A stretch of 64,000 bases of DNA from Schizochytrium sp. TIO01. Taxonomy: Eukaryota; Protista; Bigyra: Labyrinthulomycetes. Below, in pieces: positions 40,065-50,885 of this stretch (the first letter of the stretch is position 1; each line of letters begins with the position of its first letter). Location: NCBI GenBank assembly GCA_004764695.1, contig SMSO01000032.1, positions 8,526,483-8,590,482 of the forward strand. The letters are read 5' to 3'. The translations under genes were made by a program, and so were the position numbers. Below the pieces are notes generated by a model, which worked only from the letters and a program-made list of their open reading frames with translations, was not told where the DNA came from and searched no databases.

Positions 40065-40871
40065 TTAGAACCACATGCGAGCCAGAACATTCTGAGCCTT
40101 GAGCATATGCCAGGCTACAGCAGCCATGTGGAGAGGGATAACGTACTCGAGGATCTGGCCCATCTGTTTGTGCGCCTTAAATGCATTACCGGCCATCTCC
40201 TTATTAGGCTCCTCAGCTCCAGGGACCAAAATAGTATCAAAGAATGGAATACCCTTGCCACCAAAGTAGGCCATTGCGAATCCGGATCCAGGCATGGCTA
40301 CCATCATCGCGTACAGGTAGACATGGGTGATCTTAGCCATGACATGCTCAAATTTGCTGCCTTCAGGGAGAGCAGGCATGCGCTGGACGAGACGCAGACC
40401 CACGCGAGGAATGACGAGCGCAGCGACGAGCACGGCAGTTGATTTGTGGATCATCATAAGTTCGCCCTTGGAGTATCCGTACTTCTTTGGGTTTTCCTTC
40501 GGGGTCCATTGGGCCATCTTCACGGTGGCAATGCAGGTGATGAAGCCTGCCGCGATGAGCCAATGCAGAAGTACCATCGAACCAGGGTATTTGGTCGGAG
40601 TTGGCACAGAGATGGTGGTTGTACTCTGGAGACGAGACATTAGAAACCCACGCGGCTTGATGAAGAGTGCCGAGAGACCTGACATTTTGTTCGAAGCTGC
40701 CATAGACTTTGAGGCGAGGCTCTGGGCAGGTGTCGCCTTGAGCGGGGCACGGGAGCTCGTCATGCGCACAGAAATTGGGGTCACGCGAGAAACCTGGCTG
40801 TGAACTGAAGCCGCAAAGCGAGGCGCCAAAGCGGTCGCACGAGTGGCACGGAGTACAGCAGAGGCCAACAT
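40065..40871 (-). CDS. cybB: Dihaem cytochrome b561, CybB/YceJ/YodB (superoxide oxidase) family, with an N-terminal mitochondrial-type presequence
   Basis: Family pattern KY...LLHWL, IHKS, R..LRL..RMP.LP, H..LY..M..MP.SG, G..IPFF, AHK, LHMAA..WH, NVLARM; four hydrophobic helices. The first ~95 aa contain no D/E and are rich in R/S/A/T/K. Confidence 0.9.
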   Translation of the reverse strand: MLASAVLRATRATALAPRFAASVHSQVSRVTPISVRMTSSRAPLKATPAQSLASKSMAASNKMSGLSALFIKPRGFLMSRLQSTTTISVPTPTKYPGSMVLLHWLIAAGFITCIATVKMAQWTPKENPKKYGYSKGELMMIHKSTAVLVAALVIPRVGLRLVQRMPALPEGSKFEHVMAKITHVYLYAMMVAMPGSGFAMAYFGGKGIPFFDTILVPGAEEPNKEMAGNAFKAHKQMGQILEYVIPLHMAAVAWHMLKAQNVLARMWF

Positions 40872-42980
40872 TTTCCACCTACAATCAATCTCCTAAACTG
40901 CTCCTTGGTGATTAGCAGTCAAACGGTTGATCAGCAAACGCAAGCAAATGGAGAAATAAAGCTAAAAGAACTAGAAGAAGTCTCGGGGAGGCCCAGCCAG
41001 ACCAAAGCAGTGGTGGTCCTGAGGAATACGAGTCTATTCGTGTCCTCAAGTGTAACTATTCCTTCTCCAGTTGGGCCTACAAAATACTTATCTACTGGCA
41101 GCAGTAACAAAAACTGTAGTGATAGACAAACAGACACCAGGATTTTGCAGTACTTAGCCTTTAAAGCTCGTCAATGATTCACGTGTATTCGATCAAGTGT
41201 CCCGACCAGTCGTTAATGCAGATGCTTAGTTTCTTTATTCCGTTGCTTCAAGCCAAAGCTCAACCCGAGTTTGGCAACAGTCGTATTCGGACCTACTGTT
41301 TGCTCTCTTTTCTTTTTTAGCCAATTCAATGTTGACAAATAATTGTTCATTAAAAAAGCCCATGACCGAGGGACTCGGGTTCCTGAGAAGAACTCATGCA
41401 GAAGCCTCAAGGGAATACAGGCAGTATATCATGGAGATTTGCGAGGTAAGAGAGTGAGAGACTCGAATGGCGAAGATCCGCCATCTACACGACGGAAGTT
41501 CTGCTTTCGGGGGACGGGTCTTCAAGTTGGAAAAGATCTCGAGATCTTTTGCTTCTCCTATCACTCTCTATGTAGTTAGTTACCAATGATGGTACGGGAA
41601 ATGATGCACAACTTGTGCGAGAGTATCAGGAACAAAGAATCCAACGAATATTGTTGTGACAACTATTCCAAGATGACAGTTTTGGTTTAAAGAGCTGACT
41701 GTCTGATCTATGCTGCTAGCTTCTCGCTTCGCTTACTGCGTGGTTAATAATCCAGGAAAGGAAACTTAATTAGAGGTTGGCAGATAAATTTCAACTAATG
41801 GACCCGTGCTGAAAGGAATGAACGGGGGATGTCAGGACTGCAAATTTATACGCCAAGCGAGCAATTTAAAGCTAGTTCGGTCGTAGCCAATTGTATGCAA
41901 ACGGTAGTTTACATCAATGACTGACCTATTTGTGTTGAACATATGTTCGATGTAATATACCTGCTTACTTACGAAAACCTCCAATCATCCTGTAAAAACA
42001 TTTTTTCTTGAAGTGACCTTGAAATGATCTTTACACCAACAACATTGTATACAACTTTGAATACTTGTAATGCAAAATTAACGTCATCTTTCAGAAAGGA
42101 AAGGCTCTGCCAAAACGCTTGATTGCTTGCCGATCTCCAGCTTATAATCGGCGTTTTAGCTCGTTCATCTCCTTCTTGCCATCTATGTGCTGATTGACCA
42201 AATACTACCTCCAATTTGGGTATATCATTTAGCAAAAGAAACTGCGATATTTGCTCCATTCTTAGCACAGCACAGAGTCAGCTCCATCCAGATTTTTTAA
42301 TCATGACTCTGTTCTCAACTAGGAAAAAGTAATCACACTACCATCCATGACAGTGGGAGAGGAAGTCGGGGACAGAAGGATCCGTTAAACATTGGTCAGC
42401 TGTGATCGAGAAGCTTTTGAACCACCATGACATAAATTGGTTTCCTCCCCTCAAAATGTTACTGAGTTCTCGTATTTCGTACTTTGAGATCGTTCTCATG
42501 CTCCCAAAATACGCAACCCTCCTTGAGTTCGAAGGCACTGACTACTACTTAGAATAATCCAGACACTTTCAAGACTTGCAGAAGACATTTTATTTGACTA
42601 AAATCTCCATCTACTGAGGCAAGTATATAAAAGTTTTCGTAGTAATATAGTCTGACTTGAACCAGAAAGAATAACCTCTTAGTAGTGTGAGCGTAAGTTC
42701 TCTTATGGTTTGAAAAGTAAAACATAACCGTTTACCCTCGAGTTGATAAGTATAAGTCTAATATGTTGCTACTTTCTGAGGAGTCACCAACAACAAAGAT
42801 GAGATGTTCGCTTTTTTGTCTCGGCGCAAAGGCAATCATCCTGGTACTGGCAAACATTGGGAGGTAAAACCTCAATTCAAGTGGATTGGTAATATTTCAG
42901 TCTGCAACCGCGGAAGACCAAGATTAGGTGCAGGCAGGGTTATTCTGAGAACGGGGAGGGTTGCTAAAAGCAGGGAAACC

Positions 42981-45900
42981 ATGGCAAAACGTATTATTGT
43001 ATTTGGTCACAACGCTGACGAAGGTCTGAGTAGGTTTGTCGATAAGGATGGAATACCACTCGATATTTTGACCCCGCGAGAGTTACCTTTGCAGGAGCAA
43101 ATTAAAATTGTCGGTTGTGGTCGAAGCCACTCGGTCTGGGTGACTGAGCGAAATGAGATTTACGTTGCAGGAGATAATCGGCATGGCCAACTAGGTCGCA
43201 TCCCTAGTGAAGCAGAGCTTACAACATTCCCAGACCTTGCTCCGTCCGCTCGTACAATGAATAGTGATGATGTAGGGGACGATGACGAATCGAAACATCA
43301 TCAAGATGATGACAACGACGTTGATGATGAAGATGACGACGACGACAAGAACCATAAGACGACAAAAGCTGGGAAGGTGAGTCACCCTAAAAGTGACTAC
43401 AGTACCTCCGCGACAGCCCCTACGATCCTCCAACACCCTTTAATAGATGGCAAACCTATCGCTTATGTTGCTTGCGGAGACCATCACTCCGTGTTAGCAA
43501 GTGGCACGTCAGTTTATACCATGGGCAATAATGCATACGGGCAACTAGGAGCAATAACTAAAGATACCGTTTGTGAAATTTCCTTTCGTGTGCCTATTGT
43601 TCAGATAGCTTGTGGTCTGCAGCACACATTAGTTAGACTTGATGATGGGTCTGTTATGGCTTGGGGAGACAATGGAAAGGGGCAGCTCGGTGTAGGAGAC
43701 TTTGAGCCTAGAAGAGCCCCAACGCAGATTTCTTTGCCTTCTAGAGCAGGCCTTTCTCGCGCCGCTCAAGTTTGCTGTGGTCATAACTTTTCTGCCATTT
43801 TGCTAGATACAAAGAATACTCCCCTTGAGAATCTCGAAGATGGGAAACCTACAGAGGGGGCATTGTGGCCAAATCTCTATACTTTTGGTGATAATTCTTG
43901 CGGCCAGCTTGGCCGCAAATCATACAACCCCACCCTACCAACACCCGTTGAAGATTTTGGAACAGACTTTCCTCTTACTATTCACTCTATATGGTGTGGT
44001 GGCCATCATGTATTCGTGCAAGTCCTCTGTGCTATCGTCAAAGAAGACCCAAAAGGTAGAAAGGACCCTAAGACATCTCTCAAGAAGAGGGTATTTGTTT
44101 TTGGCAGTAACAAATACGGCGAGCTCGGCCTTGGCCCAGATGTGAAAGATAAATTTGTTCAGACCCCACAACAACTTGTAGATTTGGATAGTCTAGAAGT
44201 ACGTGTATCTCTTGGAGATTGCTCATCTTTTGTCTGGGTGCTTCCCTCGAAGCCCAAAGAAGGGAGCAGTCGTTCTTCTATACTCTCAACATCATCTCTT
44301 GGCTTAGGATTTTATGCGTGCGGTAGAAATTCTAAAGGGGAGCTTGGGCTGCCGATATCATCAAGCAAAGTTTCTACCCTTACCCGCGTCAACAACATTG
44401 ATATTAGCGATGCTGGGTGTACCTATTCATCACGGTTTACTATCATCCTTTCGGGCACTGATGATATTGAGCCAAAGGTAGGATACCGCAAGGATATCTT
44501 CTCTTGGGAATCCGCAAACATCCATCAGCAAAGTAAAGATCCCAAGGTGCGTGAAAGAAAGCCTAGCTCAGAACGTCACGATCGCCGGACCTCATCATCA
44601 CCTCAACGGCGACACTATTCCGTGCAGGCAGAAGAGGCTTCCATAGCCTCTGAAGATAGTTTTCAATCCCTTTCTCCGATGAGGCCACCTCGTCGTAGCG
44701 AGTCTCCACAAAAGAAGCGAACAGAAGAGTCACCTTCAAAGTCTCGACGCAATAGTGCCGGTAAAAAGTCAACCAGTCATAAAAAATATACCCTCGCCCC
44801 GGAGCCTGAGTCTCGTCGTGAGACCATGCCACCTGACTTGCAGCAATCATATAATGGTGAACAAAAGAGAGCCAAATCACCCTCCCAAAATCGTCGTGCA
44901 TCCTCTCCCACGAAATCACACCCTAATCAAAAGGACCAAGCGAGTCCTGAGAAAAATAGAAAGAATAAACAGAGGGCAGTACCAGCAAATCAAGATTTAC
45001 TACAACAGCAAGCTACCCTTGCCATTGAGATGGAACGTTTACTCTCTGATCAACTCATGTGTGACGCTTTAGTAAGAGCTGGACGTCCGAGTACCTTTCT
45101 TGATAGTATTTTGCCAACAGACACTTTCATGAATACCACCCCAATTATGGCAAGCCAATCTCCACGTGCCATGCGTGACGAGGATGCTCTCTACTACCCT
45201 GTCCATGGTGCAATTCTAGAATGCCGATGTACTCGTCTTGCACAGCTCATCAAACAGGAGATTGTTCATACAAACGGTCGCCAGTACGGGACACAGGACT
45301 TTGCCCGGAATGGGATCAATTTTAGAGCAGGTTCAGGTTGGGATTGGTCTTCTCGAATGACTCGAGTTAACCTTGCTTATGCATCTGAAGCAGCGATGCC
45401 AACATTTCTACAGTTTCTATACTCGGATCGTGACGGTCTTATCAACCAACTTACAGCAGATCACTTGGGGATCTTGCTTGACCTCGCGTACGCAGCACAC
45501 TCCTATGGAATGGATCGTCTCCTGGGCCTTTGCCAACTTCGTATTAAAGCTCTGCTTGACATCTCCAATGCTGTTCCTGTTCTAACACAAGCCTGCAATC
45601 TTGGACTACTGGCTGTGAAACGCTGCTGCTTGGAGTTTATTCGCGCAAGATACGAAGTCACTATATCGAAACGGAATCGAATGGCAGTTGAAACCCTCAA
45701 CAATAACCCTTCCTTACTTGCCGAGGTTGTTGGTCTTACCAGCCCTGAATTTGCGGATTCTCTTATCCATGCGCTACCCGAGGTTGGACGAACCACTCCT
45801 TCAACGCTCGTACATGACTTAGCGAGGCTGAAAGATATGGCCTCTTTCGCTGATGTTGAATTTCAGCCTTCGGAAGCTGTCATGTACATGCGTCGGGATT

Positions 45901-46790
45901 CAAAGCGAGGAGGGCACAACAATATGCATACCAATGTTGCAGCCCAGACACCGATTTGCTGTCATGCAATTATTCTTGCCGCTCGATGCCCAGCCCTTTT
46001 CGATGCAGTTCGCGAGCACATCTTCGGGTCCAACTCTACCAATAGTGGATTTGGAATAACACGTAGATTGAGTAACCATGGTTCTCAACTGAAATTGATA
46101 GATAACCTCAAAACCGGCAATGCGACAGAAGAATCGAAAGAGAGGTATCCTGAAACGAAGTCCTCCACAGAAAATGAAGGAGCAGACAAAACACAGACAG
46201 GGCAAAAGGATGCTTTGTTGAAGGAGCAAGATGTGATTCCAGGTGATACAAAACCCAAGCCTTGTGTTGCTAAAGAACATCGCACAGTTGACGATTCAAT
46301 GATGGAGTTCATTCAATCCATCGGTAGTACTAAGAATGGTCTGCCTAGAGCTCGTGTTGACGGTTTATCCTCAGAGACAAACCGAATGCAAATTGGTGAG
46401 GTAACAGAGGCGTCACCAAAAGCCATACGCGTTTTTCTTGATTACCTCTATTCAGCCTCTACTAAAAACGTTACTGCTGAGATTGCAATCGATATTCTTA
46501 TGATGTGCTACGTTTACAAGCTGTCGGGTTCAGCCCTAGACACAGCAGCTGCGCAGGTCCTAGAGCACAGCTTGGATGGATCAACTGCTATCGATGTCAT
46601 TTGTGCAGCTACTATTGTGCATAAACCGTCTCTTCAAATAGCATCCCTTGCGTACGCTGTCTCCCATGCCCGCGCGTGCTTAGTGCAGAGTAAGGAGAAA
46701 CTGAGAGATGCAATTCAAGACTTTCCTGACATTGGTCTGGCACTCATTCAAGCATTGTCTGAGCGTTGCGAGCCATTAACAGAATACTAA
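42981..46790 (+). CDS. RCC1-repeat and tandem BTB/POZ domain protein (CUL3 adaptor-like)
   Basis: Single long ORF (alternative upstream ATG at 42804; 42981 has accATGG). RCC1 motifs GDNRHGQLG, GNNAYGQLG, GDNGKGQLG, GDNSCGQLG, GSNKYGELG, GRNSKGELG. BTB motifs VHGAILECRC..FLQFLYSD and CHAIILAARCP..FLDYLYS. Confidence 0.92.
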   Translation: MAKRIIVFGHNADEGLSRFVDKDGIPLDILTPRELPLQEQIKIVGCGRSHSVWVTERNEIYVAGDNRHGQLGRIPSEAELTTFPDLAPSARTMNSDDVGDDDESKHHQDDDNDVDDEDDDDDKNHKTTKAGKVSHPKSDYSTSATAPTILQHPLIDGKPIAYVACGDHHSVLASGTSVYTMGNNAYGQLGAITKDTVCEISFRVPIVQIACGLQHTLVRLDDGSVMAWGDNGKGQLGVGDFEPRRAPTQISLPSRAGLSRAAQVCCGHNFSAILLDTKNTPLENLEDGKPTEGALWPNLYTFGDNSCGQLGRKSYNPTLPTPVEDFGTDFPLTIHSIWCGGHHVFVQVLCAIVKEDPKGRKDPKTSLKKRVFVFGSNKYGELGLGPDVKDKFVQTPQQLVDLDSLEVRVSLGDCSSFVWVLPSKPKEGSSRSSILSTSSLGLGFYACGRNSKGELGLPISSSKVSTLTRVNNIDISDAGCTYSSRFTIILSGTDDIEPKVGYRKDIFSWESANIHQQSKDPKVRERKPSSERHDRRTSSSPQRRHYSVQAEEASIASEDSFQSLSPMRPPRRSESPQKKRTEESPSKSRRNSAGKKSTSHKKYTLAPEPESRRETMPPDLQQSYNGEQKRAKSPSQNRRASSPTKSHPNQKDQASPEKNRKNKQRAVPANQDLLQQQATLAIEMERLLSDQLMCDALVRAGRPSTFLDSILPTDTFMNTTPIMASQSPRAMRDEDALYYPVHGAILECRCTRLAQLIKQEIVHTNGRQYGTQDFARNGINFRAGSGWDWSSRMTRVNLAYASEAAMPTFLQFLYSDRDGLINQLTADHLGILLDLAYAAHSYGMDRLLGLCQLRIKALLDISNAVPVLTQACNLGLLAVKRCCLEFIRARYEVTISKRNRMAVETLNNNPSLLAEVVGLTSPEFADSLIHALPEVGRTTPSTLVHDLARLKDMASFADVEFQPSEAVMYMRRDSKRGGHNNMHTNVAAQTPICCHAIILAARCPALFDAVREHIFGSNSTNSGFGITRRLSNHGSQLKLIDNLKTGNATEESKERYPETKSSTENEGADKTQTGQKDALLKEQDVIPGDTKPKPCVAKEHRTVDDSMMEFIQSIGSTKNGLPRARVDGLSSETNRMQIGEVTEASPKAIRVFLDYLYSASTKNVTAEIAIDILMMCYVYKLSGSALDTAAAQVLEHSLDGSTAIDVICAATIVHKPSLQIASLAYAVSHARACLVQSKEKLRDAIQDFPDIGLALIQALSERCEPLTEY

Positions 46791-48541
46791 TTCTTAAGCG
46801 AATATTTGTTCAAGTCGATTTAAATCACATTGAACTTGAACAGGTTGGCGCTATGAAACTGTTTTATTATTATTATTATTATTATAGTGACGCAACTGCA
46901 ATAAGACTTGCCGACCTGTGGCAATATCTGGCCCAACTTAACATAATTGTATGCACTAACTCTTACAATATTGCAGCTCAGTATGTTTCTAATCAATGCG
47001 TTTTCTTTCAAAACTATTATGAACCTTCTTGCATTTAACCAAAGACGTGTTCCGGTGCGTTAAATGAAGCTCAAATCGAATCAGAAAAACATTTTTTCTA
47101 AATGCTGCAATTCAGCACGTTTACACTCCAGTCAACGCATGGATTGCTGATATTGCATCCTTATTAGAAATTAGAAAGTATAATATATACATTTCTATAT
47201 AACCTTCAATTAAAGGAAATTCGAAGATTCGAATTGTGTTTCAAATTTATATACCAAACTAGATTTGAAGGCATACGTATTCCTGTAAAGCTGCCGAAAG
47301 ATGATTCTGATGTGCTTGAGGTTAACTACAAAGATGAAGGCAATAGGCTTTATGATGGTGAAGGAAGGCTATATAAGCTTTGATTAAAGAGTTATCAATA
47401 TGCTGTCCCTGGAATTGGATTCCAAGGAAGACTGGTGCATTTTATATATTTTGGAGACTATTGAAATAGTTGGCATGCGCTAGATACGAATGACAAGGTA
47501 AGGGTAGCTCGTATCATTAGCTAGCAATTAAGATTCCATCATGTTTGATTCACACAAATCAGTATGTACGCTCTTAGTTCTTGCCTTCACAGTTGTGCCT
47601 TTGCATCCACGCAAATATCCATTGTCTAGCTCTATTCCTATATAATCCCCCAAACCTTGAACTCTCACGATGGAACCCCCAGAACTCTGTCAAATGTCTT
47701 ATCCACTAGCTCCACCAACTAGAGATTTCAGCAATAACTAAGTTGCCCCCCCAAATCAAAACTAGATCACGAGACGGCAATTATTTTTGCATCAGTATTT
47801 TTGTTAAGGCTGCAAGTTATACCTCAAATGTCAATGTAGGTGGCTTTCTGTTCTAATTATTGTTCTAATTCTAGATATTAACAGTCTAAAGCATTGATCG
47901 ATCCTTGTCATAAACACATATTTCCTAAACTAGCTATCAGACCCCTTACTATTTGTTGTTTTCTCTGAGTCACAACGAGTGCTTGAGTCTACGTTTCAAA
48001 TAAATTTACATGGACAACATCTTGACTGTTTTGGCTTGCTTTTTTACCCAAGCGAAAAGCATTATAAAGGATGTTTCTGATTAACAAGAATAAGACAAAA
48101 CCAAAATAACCTATTCATTAACTTGCAAAGGCTGCATTACAAAACGGTTTGATGACTCTTTCATCCTTGTAACATTTTGAAGAAATTAAATATTTTTCGC
48201 CAAAAGTTCAAGTAACTTGGCAAGAATTTATTCAATGGGGGCTAAGTAACTTCAATGATGCGCACCTAAAACTTGGCCAACATCATTTTCTAAATATCCG
48301 CTTCTTCTCTCTTTATTGATTTCTGTCTTGGAAATGGCAACTGCTAGGCCTAGTATTTCTGCCACCTTCAGAGGCTTTTCCTATCTTTTTTATTTTATTA
48401 AAAAAATAAAAAATACAGATAATCACTCATAGTGTTGTTAATAGGTAGGTAATTAAGGCACGTTTTAGATGCAAAAGTAATTTTGCCGTTAAGAATTGGG
48501 CTCTTTCTCTAACATGAAAAAGACCAAACATAATACGCATC

Positions 48542-50662
48542 ATGGTTCAAGGTTGCGTAGGATGCTTGGTAGCGCGAGAGCACAACAAATGGCATTCTGC
48601 AATATCGCCGGCTAGCGCAGAGCACAGCGCTTCGTACTTTGGTATCACCAAAGCTCCTGATATGTCAAGGAGCATTTTAAGAGGTTATGACCTTTTTCTT
48701 GTTGCCTTCGGAGGTCTAATGGCGTACCAGCCATGGATCAAGCATCATACTGGCGTGGAAGCAGGCGCGAATGAAAGCCTTTTCGCTGATTCTGCGACTG
48801 CTGTCATAACAATGCATGTAATTCTTTCTTGGGTAATTGTTTCACAAGCAACAACGTTTTGGCCAATTCGAAGCCTTTACATGGTTCTCCTCGCCAGCAA
48901 TCGACACATAATCTTTCTTGCGCAACATTCCATGGCATCATATGCATTAGGGATTATGCTTGGGACATGTATAATTATTCTTGCTTTTCAAACACTCACC
49001 AGCTACTTCTTAGCAGTTTGGAATCTAGAAAAGTTTCAAAAATTTGTAATCCCTCCCCGCTGCTTTACACTAGCGATCAGCGCAACGACCGCAATAACGA
49101 TGCTTCTGAAATCAGACCTTCTTTTCACATCAGAAGCGCCCAGCAAGGATGATTTCTCTTTTCTACAGCTTTCAGGCCAGTACTTTCGGCAATGCAGCAT
49201 GGCTTGGTTGCTTGCCAGCTTTTGGAGCTTTATCTACTCGTGCTCTCTTGAACCCCAACATTTTCTAGTCACAGTTAGAAAAGAGCTACAACTTATTGGA
49301 AGGATCAAAAACATTGATCGAATTTATGAGGCTTGGGTTCGTTTTCAGGGCGTTTGTGATGATAACAAAGAAGGGTTCATCTTGACAGTGATACTTTTCT
49401 CGGTCATTTTTTTGTCAATTTTAATTGAAGGGAATGCCGCGCAGGAGGCGGCTATTCTGGCAAACCCATGGCTCAGATGGCAACAACAACTTGAAGCCGC
49501 TGAAGAGGCACTACAAGTTCACGGAAGGGCTCACACTGCTGTGCAGCTTCTTCCGGAATGGGCTGGCTGGAGTCTTGAAACCACAGAGAGGTTCTGCCGA
49601 GCGAAAGTTCTTGCCTTTACGTTTGTCAATGCATATGATGCTCTCTTGGCCTGTAGCGCTTGTGTACAGTACCCAACGAAATGGAATGCTACGTGTGCAA
49701 GGGCTACTGAATTGTTTAACTTTGATGATTCTCTTAAGGCACTAGACGCAGCAGAGGACGCCTGCAGAGCTTGTAGATACATGCAGAAAAACTACGAATT
49801 TGAAAATGTAGGCCTTGGAAACCAAACTGCAAATACATGGTTGAGACATATTAATCGCGCTATTTTTGCACAAAATAGGACTCTTGCTAAATCTTGTTGC
49901 CAACACTCTGAATCTGGTTTATCCCAAGATTGGGTTCATCAAGCTGAATCCTTAGGGCAGTTAGAACTCTACGAAGATGCTGTTGAAATTCTAGAGCGTG
50001 GTCTACAACAAGTTACAGTAAATGCATCCACGAAGCCTTGGCTTCTCTTAGGACGCTTCCGGGCGCTGATGGGTCAGTGGGCCGGCGCAGAGCTCGCGTT
50101 AAGACGTGGGATAAGGTTAGATGCTTACGATCCAGATCTACGTATTCACGCAGCTTTTATTGCAAGTAGCAGAGGTCGTCTTGAGGACGCAGAGGAAAGC
50201 TTTTTACTTGCTTATCAGATATACCTTGGCAGAAGTGAGAATTCAAAAGCAGCGGAGACATATACTGATTTGTGTCATGCATACCTTGCTCACATAGTCT
50301 ACCCCAAAGCAGCCACCTGTGCAATACCCGATCCACAAGCAGCTAAGTTTGCTCCAGCCAGTCTTTTCAATCATCAAGGAATTGCAAAAGCTCATCTGGG
50401 ACTTGAAGAGGAAGCAGCAGAACGCTTCATATATTCAGTGCAGCGGAGTTGGTCATTGCTTTTATCTTCATCGTCACTGTATAAAACAAAGTCTCATGCT
50501 GATGCATTTAACAACCTTGGCTCATTGGCATGGAGTGCTCAACGTTTTTCAGATGCGCTTAAGTACTTTGAAATGGCGCTTGAAGTTGACCCGAACCATG
50601 ATCAAGCCAAAACCAATCTTAAATCTCTTAGAGAAGCATCAACCCCTCCTCCTATAATCTAA
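48542..50662 (+). CDS. Multi-pass membrane protein with C-terminal TPR repeats
   Basis: 706-aa ORF; several hydrophobic segments in the first ~300 aa. TPR motifs such as AFNNLGSLAW..ALKYFEMALEVDPNHDQAKTNL and PWLLLG..ALRRGIRLD. The start could be the second Met (48662). Confidence 0.85.
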   Translation: MVQGCVGCLVAREHNKWHSAISPASAEHSASYFGITKAPDMSRSILRGYDLFLVAFGGLMAYQPWIKHHTGVEAGANESLFADSATAVITMHVILSWVIVSQATTFWPIRSLYMVLLASNRHIIFLAQHSMASYALGIMLGTCIIILAFQTLTSYFLAVWNLEKFQKFVIPPRCFTLAISATTAITMLLKSDLLFTSEAPSKDDFSFLQLSGQYFRQCSMAWLLASFWSFIYSCSLEPQHFLVTVRKELQLIGRIKNIDRIYEAWVRFQGVCDDNKEGFILTVILFSVIFLSILIEGNAAQEAAILANPWLRWQQQLEAAEEALQVHGRAHTAVQLLPEWAGWSLETTERFCRAKVLAFTFVNAYDALLACSACVQYPTKWNATCARATELFNFDDSLKALDAAEDACRACRYMQKNYEFENVGLGNQTANTWLRHINRAIFAQNRTLAKSCCQHSESGLSQDWVHQAESLGQLELYEDAVEILERGLQQVTVNASTKPWLLLGRFRALMGQWAGAELALRRGIRLDAYDPDLRIHAAFIASSRGRLEDAEESFLLAYQIYLGRSENSKAAETYTDLCHAYLAHIVYPKAATCAIPDPQAAKFAPASLFNHQGIAKAHLGLEEEAAERFIYSVQRSWSLLLSSSSLYKTKSHADAFNNLGSLAWSAQRFSDALKYFEMALEVDPNHDQAKTNLKSLREASTPPPII

Positions 50663-50885
50663 CAAAAAGATGCCGTCATTGAAATCTCCCTCCTTAATGT
50701 AATTTAGCTTATAAATCATTTGAGTGACCTATAAAGGGGTTTACAGAAGCGTTACGTTTTTGACGATTTTTTGTGGAATGACTTTGTTTGAAATCCAAGC
50801 AAAATCAAAACAACTATCATTTCTCTCAATTAGCCAGATATTTTATTTTTCTTTAGTTGAAGAGGAGATGAAAAGGAATAAAGCA

